Shown here: positions 24,666 to 36,059 of the stretch, in pieces
Layout: the number at the start of each line of letters is the position of its first letter
Position numbering within the stretch: position 1 is the first letter of the stretch
Source of the DNA: Octopus sinensis
Lineage: Eukaryota
Assembly: GCF_006345805.1 (NCBI RefSeq)
Contig: NW_021832988.1
Span: 1 to 59,622 of the forward strand
DNA: 59,622 nt
Direction of reading: 5' to 3'
The notes under the pieces: model-generated
What the model saw: the letters and a program-made list of their open reading frames with translations, nothing else
Told to the model about the DNA's origin: nothing
Database searches by the model: none
Position numbers and translations under genes: made by a program

Positions 24666-25826
24666 CTAGCAGCTAATCCCGGTTTCTCCCGGTCTGTTTG
24701 GATGATGTGGCTGTGAGCGTTTTCGGTTAGGCATAATCTATAACAGCATTTCTCAACTTTATCATTTCGAGTCCCCTGTTTCGATTGGAACCTGCAGCTG
24801 TATGAACATTTCCTGATTCCCCCCCACCCTTGTCAGAAAGGAACTTCAGAAGTTGTGAAGAACAAATCTGTACATAGTCTGTTTCTGAGAGCTATTCTAT
24901 TGGACCTCTGTCTGATCATTAAAACATTGATTTAATTATGAACATAGAAAGAAATTATACATAAATCCCTATTTTTGTAAGCAGTTGTATCTGTAAAAAT
25001 TTTATTTGCAGATAGCAGAAATTGAAAGAAGGTATGTGAAATGGACGTGTGTGTGTGTGTGCTTGCGTATGTGTATGTGAAAGAGAAAGAGGGTGAGAAA
25101 GAGATTGGACATCTTTGTAATCAGAGCAGAAATTGAAAGAAGATATATGAAATGGACGTGTGTAAGTGTGTGTTTTTCCTGCTAATTGTGGGGATTTTTG
25201 CAGTCGGCACGTGGTGGTTTGTGTTTATCTCTAGAGTCGAATTGTTAATTTGTCTGTAATAGCAATGCCCGGACAAGTCAAAATATCTTCGTTTTTTACT
25301 CCTTCGCCTGCAGTAAAAGGAGTCAAGAGCCCTTCTCCATAAATTTTTTTTACTTTCATAATATAAGGTTGGGTAGAAAGGGGATCTTTAGAAGTCTGCG
25401 GGAAAAATGAAAGAGACATAGGGAGTGCAATTGAATAAGTGAAGTTCTTTTGAAGTTGGCATGAATTTGAAGAATTGATGTGCGTGTGTGTGTGAGAGAG
25501 TGAAAGTGTGTGTGCGTGTGTGTGTGTGTGTGTGTTTGATGGGGTGTGCGATATGGCCAAGAGTTAACTTGTCGTGAGAGAATGTGTGAATGAGTGACAG
25601 AGAAAAGGAGAGAGAGGTTATGTATGTTGGCGAGTGAATTCCATTAGAAAAAGTTTTAATCAATTTTCTTGGTAACTAGGTATGGAAAAATACAAACTGC
25701 ATTCCAATCTATGCACACGTCTCCAAATGTGTGCCATTTTTCACGCGAATCCACCCAGCTGTTTGGCTGTGAATCTCAAAACAAGAAAGAATACAACACT
25801 CACCCGTGTCCAATTTATATTACAGA
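24666..25826 (-). mobile_element. Non-autonomous Helitron, copy 1 of a tandem dimer
   Basis: Minus strand starts TCTGTAATATA and ends with hairpin CCGGGAGAAACCGGG then CTAG. A T follows CTAG. Confidence 0.85.
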
Positions 25827-27039
25827 CTAGCAGCTAAGCCCGGTTTCACCCGGTCTGTTTGGATGATGTGGCTGTGATCATTTTCGGTTAGGCATAATCT
25901 ATAACTGCGTTTCTCAACCTTATCATTTCGGGTCCCCTCTTTCGATTGGAACCTGCAGCTGTATGAAAATTTCCTGACCCACCCCTTGTCAGAAACAGCT
26001 TTAGGAGATGTGAAGGACGAATTCTTACATAGTCTGTTTCTGAGAGCTATTCTATTGGATCCCTGTCTGATCATTAAAACATTGGGCGATCTTTTGATAT
26101 GGGAACACACAACTCACTTACATACCACTTATAAACCACGTGTGTTTATTTACACTTTTGAAGATGATCGTCGGTTTCTGTAAAAAAAATTTATTTTTTT
26201 AATATAGGGTTAGGTGGAAAGGGGATCTTTTGAGTCTGCGTGGAAGCGAAAGAGACAGGGAGAGCATGGGTGTATGAATGAAGTTCTTTTGAAGTTGGCG
26301 TGAAGCGGAAGAAGTGATGTGCATGCATGTGAGTGTGCGTGTGTGAATGTGTGTGTGTGTGTGTGTGTGATGGGGTGTGCGAGACAGAATGTGTGGTGTA
26401 TATGTGAATTGCTTTTGTTAGTGTGTGTGAAGAGACAGAGAGAGTAATGTTACTGGTGTGTGCGTATGAGAGAGAGATAACTGAAATTTTTTATTCACTT
26501 TTGTAGTGAGTGAATGTGAGTCATTGACAGAAAAAGCGAGAGAAAGAGAGAGACGTTATGTATGTATGAATGGCTTCAGTGACACACACACACGCAGGTT
26601 GTTAGTATGTATGTATACATAGATGTATGTATCTATGCATGGCCGAGAGAGTGTTATCTGAAATTTTGTTATTCACTTTTGTAGTGAGTGAATGTGTGAG
26701 TGACTGACAGAGAAAAGGAGAGAGAGGTTATGTATGTATATATGTATGAATGGCTTTGGCTGACTGTCATCCTGTATTCTCCTTGTTGCTAAGCGAAATG
26801 GTATATGCTGGCAGTGTGAGCAACTGGTTGTTTTAATGGTGGGGGAATTCCATTGGATAAGTTTTAATCGATTTTCTTGGTAACTATGGGGTCTAGGAAA
26901 AAATACAAACTGCATTCCAGTCTATGCACCTGTCTCCACATGTGTGCCATTTTTCACGTGAATCCACGCAGCCGTTTGGCTTTGAACCTCAAGACAAGAA
27001 AGAATACAACGCTCACCCGTGTCCAATTTATATTATAGA
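25827..27039 (-). mobile_element. Non-autonomous Helitron, copy 2 of a tandem dimer
   Basis: Minus strand starts TCTATAATATA (preceded by A) and ends CCGGGTGAAACCGGG..CTAG, joined directly to the TC of copy 1. Confidence 0.85.
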
Positions 27040-27784
27040 TATAAAAGAATGCAAAAAATGGGAGAAAATGCAAAATATCCAGACAGTTAGATGATACAAA
27101 AAAAAAAGAGACAAGAAAAAACAAGGAAGGATCATTCGGAGTTTTCTTTCCTAAGTCGAGTTCCAGATTATCTTTTCAATTTTGGCTGCTCATACTCAGG
27201 ATTGCTCCAATTTGGCCATCCCCAAGGAAAAACTAAGCTAAGAGCACGAGGTTCCTAGGAAGAAAGCAGTGAATGTAGATGAAAACGAGGACGAAAATGG
27301 ACAAATGGTACACAAATACAAATGCAAATAATAGGACATTAACAACAGGTGTCTTTCGACTAAGGACGAATTAGATTAAGCTGGTGTGTGTGGAAGTGAA
27401 GCCTTACGGCATGGACATAAGAGATAACAGGCATGGGGAGAAATATAGATGTTGCATGGATGGTAGTCGAACCAAGAAAGAAAGGTCAGGCTTGGCCGAA
27501 CACCAGTCACGTGGGGATAGAAGAGAGAGAGGTAGAGACAGAGGGACAGAAGAATTAGGGAGGGATGAGAAAAGACAGGGAGAGAGTATGGTGAAAGAGG
27601 AGGGAAGATGAGAATGAAGAGAAAGCCAGGAAATGTGAGAGAGGGGGAATAAAAGAAAGAAGAATGGAAAGAACAAAGTAAGTGTGAAGGGGATTATAGA
27701 AAGAAAGAGAGAATGAACGAATAAGGGAGTTGTACAAAATTTAGATACATTTAGACTCCTATATGTAAGTACATATCATCATTA

Positions 27785-28745
27785 TCATCATTTAACGTCT
27801 GCTTTCCAAGCTGGCATGAGTTGGATGATTTGACTGAGGACTAGCGAACCAGATGGCTGCACCAGGCTCCAGTCTGATCTGGCAAGGTTTCTACAGCTGA
27901 ACACCCTTCCTAATGCCAACCACTCCGAGAGTGTAGTGGGTGCTTTTACATGACACCGGCATGAGGGCCAGTCTGGCAGTACTGGCAACGGCCACGCTCA
28001 AAAGTTTTTTTCATGTGCCAGTAAGGCAACGCTAGTAACGATCATGCTCAAATAGTGCTTTTTACGTGCTACCAGCACGGAAGCCAGTCAGTTGCTCTGG
28101 CAAGGATCATGCTCAGATGGTGATCTTAGCGCTCCACTGGCATGGGTGCCAGTCATCGAATTTGATTCGATTTCGATTTCACTTGCCTCAACAGATCTTT
28201 GCAAGCAGAATTTAGTGTCCAATGAAGGAAAGGTATGCATAAGTGGGCTGGTTACACCCCTGGCATAGCCCACGGATTATAGTCTCACTTGGTTTGCCGG
28301 GTCTTCTCACGCACTGCATATTTCAAAGGTCTCGGTCTCTAGTCATTGCCTCTGTGAGGCCTAATGTTTGAAGGTTGTGCTTCACCACCTCATCCCAGGC
28401 CTTCTTGGATCTACCTCTTCCACAGGTTCCCTCAATAGCTAGGGTGTGGCACTTTTTCACACAGCTATCTTCAGCCTTTCTCGCCACATGACCATACCAG
28501 CACAGTTGTCTCTCTTGCACACCACAACTGATGCTTCTTAGGTCTAACTTTTCTCTCAAGGTACTTACACTCTGTCGAGTATGCACACTGACATTACACA
28601 TCCAGCAGATCATGCTAGCTTCATTCCTTGCGAACTTACGCATGTCCTCTTTCTCACTGATATGTAGCATGGCTGTTCATACACATGTGTCACACAATCT
28701 ACCTTTTACTCTGAGAAAAAGGCCCTTTGTCACCAGCAGAGGTAA
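27785..28745 (-). mobile_element. RTE-type LINE 3' fragment with long 3' UTR
   Basis: WYGHVARK..VKKC..GTCGRGRSKKAWDEVV, then the GGCATTAGGAAGGG..GACGTTAAATGATG tail. Confidence 0.8.
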
Positions 28746-28754
28746 GAGCTCTCT

Positions 28755-28756
<2 letters not shown>

Positions 28757-28842
<86 letters not shown>
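28757..28842. repeat. (TA)n microsatellite, mariner target
   Basis: Direct inspection. Confidence 0.95.
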
Positions 28843-30134
28843 CGAGGGACGTTCAATAAGTAACGCCTCTGACCCACTTGCAGTTGTTTGATCTAGCTGA
28901 AATTTTGCATGTGCAATTATATATATCTCTATAGATTAAGTGGCAAATTACAGCTCTGAGCTAATTGTGGTTTCTGATTTACAGGTGTTTGAACTGAGTC
29001 AAGTGTGAAATGGAGCCTGTTGAGTGTCGAGCAGTGATCCGGTTTTTGTATTTGAAAGGACGCACACCACGGGAGACTTTTGATGAAATGAAAGTAACTT
29101 ATGGTAATGATGCCCCATCATATGACCTTGTAAAACTCTGGCATCGTGAATTCAAACATGGTCGGAACTCTGTGGAAACAGCTCCCAGATCTGGTCACCC
29201 CCTTCTGCCATTGATGAGGTATCTGTCCGTCAAGTTGAGGCTGCCATTTTGGAAGATCGATGCATAACTATTCGCCAAATAGCCCATGAGGTCAAGATTA
29301 GTACCGGGTCTGTGGAAACTATCATTCATGACCATTTGCATATGCAAAAGGTGTCTGCCAGATGGATTCCCAGGTTGCTCACACCTTTCCAGAAGCAAGA
29401 ACGCGTTGAGTGCTCGAGGATGAATTTGGAGATGTGCCAAGAAGATGAGTCAAAATTTTTCAAAAGACTGATTACACAGGATGAAACTTGGGTCCATCAC
29501 TATGATTCAGAGACCAAAGCCCAGTCAATGCAGTGGAAGCACCGTGACTCACCTCCTCCAAAGAAGGCAAGGGTGCAGCCCTCCGCTGGCAAGGTCATGC
29601 TCACAGTCTTCTGGGACCAGGACGGAGTAGTGATGACAGATTTCCTGGCAAAGAGTACCACAATTACAGGAGCCTATTATGCTTCACTTTTGAGGAAATT
29701 ATGAGAAGCTATCAAAATCAAGAGGTGGGGCAAGATCAGCAAAGGCATTCTCCTCCTGCAGGACAACGCTCCGGTTCACAACTCGCGTGTCGCCAGATCA
29801 GAAGCACAGGCGTGCTGCTATGAACTCCTCCCCCATCCCCCCAACGCTCCTGACCTTGCACTCTCTGATTTTCACCTCTTCCCAACCATGAAGTTTTTTT
29901 TTAAAGGAAAGCATTTCACAGATGATGCAGCCTTGATTTCTAAAGTCACGTCGTGGTTGGAGGACGAAGCTGGGGTCTTCTACAAAAACGGTCTCCAGCG
30001 CTGCATCAAACGATGGGAGAAATGCGTAACTCTGGGTGGTTCCTATGTAGAAAAAGACTAATAACTGTGCCAAGTTTCGTTGCTCTACTGCTATGGGAAG
30101 TGGGTCAGGGGCATTACTTATTGAACGCCCCTCG
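28843..30134 (+). mobile_element. Full-length mariner (DD34D), second copy, with frameshift and stop
   Basis: Near-identical to 13999-15289 in the opposite orientation. ORF 29010-30061 has a frameshift near 29200 and a TGA near 29702. TA TSDs present. Confidence 0.95.
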
Positions 30135-30149
30135 TATATATATATAAGA

Positions 30150-30502
30150 AAATCATCCGAACGTAGCCGTAGCCAGTACCGCATCAACTGGCCTCCGTGC
30201 TGTGGGCACGTAACAAACACCATCCAATCGTGGCTGTGCCAGCCTGGCCTGGCCTCCGTGCCGGTGGCACGTAAAAATCACCATCCGAGCGTGGCCGTTG
30301 GCCAGCCTCATCTAGCACCTGTGTCGGTGGCACATAAAAAGCACCCAGTGGTTGGCATTAGGAAGGGCATCCAGCTGTAGAAACAGTGCCAGATCTGACT
30401 GGCCTGGTGCAGCCTCCTGGCTTCCCAGACCCCAGTTGAACCGTCCAACCCATGCTAGCATGGAAAGCGGACGTTAAACGATGATGATGATGATGATGAT
30501 GA
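30150..30502 (+). mobile_element. RTE-type LINE 3' tail with internal GTGCCGGTGGCAC repeats
   Basis: Same tail family, ending (GAT)n. Confidence 0.7.
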
Positions 30503-30517
30503 TATATATATATATAT

Positions 30518-30808
30518 ATTATATAATTAGGGCTTAGTAAAATAAATTACTTTGCCACATACTGAACTTACTAGAAATAGCAGCCAAAAAAAAAGCTTTT
30601 TAGCCATTTCTACTACTTAAAGGAAATTTCTCTCAGATAATGTTTACTCAAAATAACTCACTTCGTGAGTTATTTTGAGTAAACATTATCTGAGAGAAAT
30701 TTCCTTTAAGTAGTAGAAATGGCTAAAAAGCTTTTTTTTTGGCTGCTATTTCTAGTAAGTTCAGTATGTGGCAAAGTAATTTATTTTACTAAGCCCTAAT
30801 TATATAAT
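30518..30808. repeat. Perfect palindrome: 144-bp arms, 3-nt loop (TTC)
   Basis: 30518-30661 reads as the exact reverse complement of 30665-30808, including the A9/T9 and T5/A5 tracts. Confidence 0.95.
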
Positions 30809-30908
30809 GTAATATTTTGAATATTTTGAATTCGCCTTAAATGGTCCTTTTACATACTGAATACTTGGTGAAATTGATTAATAACTAATTAATTTTACCC
30901 TCAATTGT

Positions 30909-30981
<73 letters not shown>

Positions 30982-31019
30982 GAGAGAGAGAGATACATAT
31001 ATATATATATGTATAAATG

Positions 31020-34000
31020 ATTGCAGCAGCAAATGTTACAACTATTGAAGTTGATAATGAAACCGAAGAATACATTTTCACCTGACCATGTAGCAAATTC
31101 CATATGACACCAAAGAATGTCAGAATTAGATGGATAATATGAAAATACATCTACTTTTAAGTAAACTAGGGACAGATGAGCATGAGAAGTATAGTATCAC
31201 CAAAAAAAGCATCTGACATAAATTTCACCAACACAGTTGACATTTTGTGCAAAATGTTTAGTGAAAAGAGCTCAATGTTTATACTCGATGGAAATGTTTA
31301 AACATAGAAAAGAGCGAAGATGAAGACTTCACTACTTACACAGGCAGAGTCAACAAAGAATATGAGAGATTTAGGCAAGATATGCTTATTCCAGATTCAT
31401 TCAATTGTTTGAATTTTGCATGAGGATTGACAAATAAAAGGGATGCAGAAATCCGAACATAATTTCTATCAAAACTGGAAATGAATGAGGATTTGACATC
31501 ACAGAAAGTGTCAGAAGAACGTGATAGGATATTAAAATTAAGCAATGACACGGAAGAAATTCAATGGAAAGAGTGTTTCCACATAAGACCAGTGCAAAAA
31601 TGGCAGAAAACAAACAAAGTGTTGCAGATAAAACAGAAAAAGTATTGGGTTGTAGATCCATGTATGGCATGCGATGGGAAGCACTTGAAGAGTGATTGTC
31701 CATATATAAAAGCAAAGTGCTTTCACTGCAGGTTTACTGGACATATAAAATCGTACTGCAAAAGTAGACTGATATAAAAGTAGAACAAACAAGGAAAGAT
31801 AAATAGCTTGTCAGCAGGAAAAGTTACGAGCACAACAAATAGAAAATTCGTGAGAATTGAAAACACTAGTGTCTGAATGCAATTAGACATGGGATGTGAT
31901 ATCACAATCATAAACAAGAAAACATGGGAACAAGTGGGTAAACCAAAATTATGTAGTTCAAACAAATAATGTAGGGTGTTAAGGAATAAAATTATATTTC
32001 ACGGGAGAATGTAATATATTGTTCAAAGGCCAAACAGAAAAAGTGAATGTTTATGTGTTGAAAAAATCCATGAATTTATTTGCCACTGAATGTATGAAGA
32101 AATTTAATTTATGGGTTACACTGATAAGAGCTTTGTGCAATAATGTAAACAGAGCAGTCAAATGATAGAACAAGGTTGATGAACTGAAACAGAAAAAGTG
32201 ACAGGGGACATCCTTTGTGAACTACCAGTAACTTTGGAAGGAATAAAAAGAAATGCAAGAAATGACAAATTTATTAATGAGACAAAAAGAAAACCGTGGT
32301 CAACAAAAGGAAATGAAGAAAGGTCTGATGCAGAGAAACCTCAAGATGTGTGTACTCAATATGTGATGGTGTACTAATGTACACTCAGAGGGTGGTCATA
32401 CCACAGACATTACAGAAGAGACTGCTGAAAGTGTTCCATGAGGGACTCCCAGGCATCTATAGAATGAAAGCACTGATGTGAAGTTTCGTATACTATCCAA
32501 GCAAGAACCAGGAAGTAGAAAACCTGCAGAGGATGTGTGATGGCAGTGAAAATACCATGCTCTCAATTGCATACCAATTTTGCAGGCCTGGTAAATGGAT
32601 ATTATTACTTAATAGTAGTGCACAGCTACACAAAATAGCCTGAGCTTGTGAGGTGTAAATGACCAACCTCATATACAGTAATAAACTTCTCACACGAGTT
32701 GTGCACAAGATTTGGTGTACTGGATATAATTGTTTCTGATAATAGAACACAGTTTGTATCCTGCGAGATGTTCATATTAGAACATAAAACTATAGCACCT
32801 TATCACTCTAGATCGAATGTTTTACATCTTTGACAAACATTGGATATATATTTAATGAAGCACAGGTAAAATCAATGTGTTCACACAGCATACTTCATGA
32901 GACTCCAAAATGCCCTCTCAGCGATTCATACCAACCTTTTGTTTCAAGTAATACGCTACTCTTTATAAGAGTTTGGCTTGTCCATTCTTCCAGTACCCCC
33001 AGAGGTGTCAATGACTCTCACCACAACATCTCTCCCTTTGATATTGACTTACATTGGAAGTCAATATTATTTTTATTTATTTATTTTTTCCTTTCATCAC
33101 ATCTCCCTGTTTGGGATTTTCCTCCTAGGAAGTTTAATATTTCTTTTGTTTAGGCACTACTTCCAACTGTTCTGTTTGTTTCCAATTTCTTGTGCTGCCC
33201 AGCCTAGGTTCAATTTCTTGTGGTGTTTGAACATCAAAGGTGTCATAGAACACTTCCATAGGTATCTCTTTTCTTTTTTCTGTATATCTATTTTTTGGCT
33301 GGTTTAAACGTCTAGGTGTTCCTATTTTTCACCTCTTATCATATGTCATTTTGCCTATCCTTTTTATTACTACTCAGTCTTGTCTCCCATTTTTATATAT
33401 TTTGAAAAATACCTTGTCACTGATATTAAAATACTTTGTCGTATTTTTAGCATTTTCCCTATTTGATTTTCTTACTGTTAGTATAGCTTGTCAAAAATTG
33501 ACTTTATTTTTGGTGTAAACATTAGTTCCACAGGTGACTTGCCCGAAAAAGATTTTGGGTTTGGTGTTATCCGATAAACCCTCGAGAACTGTGTCAATGC
33601 TGCATCATCGATGAGCTCATTTCTTGATTTCTTTAATGCTCTCTACAGTTACACATTTCTAGCCATTTTGTAAAGCTATCTACCATTATTAGATATGATC
33701 GGTTTAATGATCCTGTGAAATCTATGTGTAGTCTGGACCACGGAATATCGGTCTTGAGCCAAGGTTGAAATTTTCTAGTGGGTGATTTTGCTGAAAAAGC
33801 ACAACCTCTGCAAGATTTTACCACCAGCTTTTCAATATCTAGGTCCATTTTTGGCCAGTAAACATCATTCTTCATAAGTGGCTTCATCCTAGAAATTTCT
33901 GGAAGTCCAGTGTGGAATTCCTTTAACATTCGTCCTGGTAGTGAAGTAGGCATTACAACCGTCTGTGTATGCATAAGCATATTATTGCGTATTGAATACA

Positions 34001-35800
34001 GATTCAAAACTATGTTACGTCCAGCCATATGTATTTTTTTATTTATTTCTTCTGATGTCACTATTTTTTCATTTTTATGATAAACTCGTCTGTCACTGCC
34101 TTAATTTATATTTCCTCCAATGTGACAAGCAATTCACGCACAATATTGCACAATATATTTTTTATTTCATTTTCAACTTTTAACGCTGCTATCACTATGT
34201 CTTCCAGTGGTTCACCCTATTTTGGTTTCAACCTTGACAAATCATCTGCATGTCCAATTTTTTCGGTGGCAAATACTCAAGTTTGAAGTCATAATTCAGT
34301 AGGATTGTTCCCCAGGACTGTCTTGACATTTGTTTTTCCTTTTTCTTATCCATTTCAGGTCAACATGCATGTATCTTAGAGTAATCTTTTTCTTCAATCC
34401 TTGAACCACTTCCTGTAGAGTTAATTTTTGGTCCTGCTCTAATTTTGTTAATATACAGGATTGTATATCAGCATCTTTTCTTACAGTTAACCCTTGAACA
34501 AAAATTAGACATTTGAATAAATCCAGGGTTTATTCATTTAATTTGAATTTTTCACACTCTTTGTTAACGACCCCAAAATATGTGATGAAATCTTCATCAT
34601 CTTTTTTAACTAAATTCAAACACTGCCAACGAGTATTGAACAGGGAACTTCTTTCACTGAACATTCTAGATAACAATTTGCGTCATCGAAACAACTCTCA
34701 CCTGGTTTCTTCAGCAGAATATAATTACAGTATTTTTCGTGTTCGACAGGGGATAACTTTCTTAAAACTAGTCGCACCTTCTTCTCGTCATTCTAATGTT
34801 TACCTTCTTCTTTGAAGATTTCTTTGTATCTTCTGAAACATGCAGAAAAAGTGGTACCTTCTTCTGGGTTCATAAATAAATACTCCAATTGAGTTTGCTC
34901 CAATTGACGAGAACGAACCTGAAGTATATTCAGACTTCTTCAACGTTACTTCCAATAACTGGTGGTATTGTTGTTGTTGCTGTTGTTGCTGCAGTTGTTG
35001 ATGTTGTAACTTCTCTACGCAAGCCAATAAGTCTTCCATGTTAATGATTTTTTTCTTTGATTTTATACCAAAAAAAATTTTATCATCCGACGCAAGCTTT
35101 GAATATCTCGTCGCCATTTTTATATCCTCGTCAAACGTTGGATATATAATTTAAAGAAGCAGAGATAAAAATCAATGTGTTCTCATGACATACTTCACAA
35201 GACTCCAAAACACCCTCTCCATGACTCCTACTGACCTTTTTGTCTCCACTAGTACGCTACTCTTTAAAATAATTTGGCTAGTCTATTCTTCCAATCAGCC
35301 TGTGGTGTCAATGACTCTCAATGAAAGGGCTGAGTGGTTCATGGACACTTTTAAGAGAGCTTTAAAAAGAGCTAATAAAGAGACCATGGACAAGGTCGCA
35401 ATCCAACGATTCTTAAATGTATACAGGGTAACTCTGAACTAAAATGTGCCAGAAGGAAATTCACAAGCTGAGTTAATGTTTGCCAGAGCGGTGAAGTCGG
35501 TATTCAATAAACTGTTAGCAGTGAAGAAAGAAATACATGCAGAAATAGAAATCAGATTAAGGAAAGAGTCATAGAAAAGGTTCCAACATCATAACAAGAA
35601 TTCAAAACCACAAAGGAAAGGAAGACCACTGAATTCCTAAAAGTAGACCCCAAGAAGAAAAGATATTGAGTAGATAAAAAAAGGAAGAGGTAGAGTGAAT
35701 AAAAGAAATTGATTGTTAATAAAGAAATTGAAAGGCGAGATGTTGTGTAGTACAATGCCAGATAAAGCCATTCTATTGATGACTTGGGAAAATAACAATA
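31020..35800 (+). mobile_element. Decayed Gypsy (Mag-like) LTR retrotransposon, interrupted by a second Gypsy element
   Basis: gag with zinc knuckles (C..CDGKH..CPY..CFHCRFTGHI..C), protease-like DITIINKKTWEQVGKPKL and integrase (DFAG..YYLIVV..SDN..PYHSRS | ERAE.FMDTFKRAL). PPT AAAGGCGAGA plus TGTTGTG near 35740. Confidence 0.75.
32818..35320 (-). mobile_element. Internally deleted Gypsy element with both LTRs
   Basis: LTRs at 35117-35320 and 32818-33028, PBS TGGCGACGAG (35116-35107) and a PPT before the 3' LTR. gag is fused to the end of RNase H (YDFKLEY..HADDLSRL) and integrase (VYWPKMD..C..C..WSRLHIDF). PR and RT are missing. Confidence 0.8.
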
Positions 35801-35985
35801 TCTACAGATCTATATTTAAGAGATGAGGAATTATGTAAATTATTTACATTTGATGGATATTTGTCCACATTTTGTTTGTTGTTAACATTTTGGCTGATAT
35901 ACTCTCCAGCCTTTATCAGGGAAATTTCAAACCTGGGTTCTCATTCCAAAGGTATTTTTTGGTGTTATTATTATTATTATTATTC

Positions 35986-36059
35986 AGGGCACTGCTTGGA
36001 ATCGAACTTAGAATCTTCGGGTTAGTACCCCGCTCTCTTAACCATTATGCCATATGCCC
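35986..36059 (-). ncRNA. tRNA-like module (not a functional tRNA) inside the Penelope 3' pLTR
   Basis: 74 nt with A box TGGCATAATGG, B box GTTCGATTCC, GGGCA/TGCCC acceptor stem and anticodon loop TACTAA. Starts about 25 nt after the ORF stop. Confidence 0.7.

Noticed and set aside
27090-27420. Third hammerhead-bearing pLTR
   Set aside because: Only GAAA and a weak stem remain; the CUGANGA core is not recognisable.
35986-36059. Functional tRNA-Ser(ACT) gene
   Set aside because: Imperfect stems, no oligo-T terminator, and it is embedded in a retroelement.
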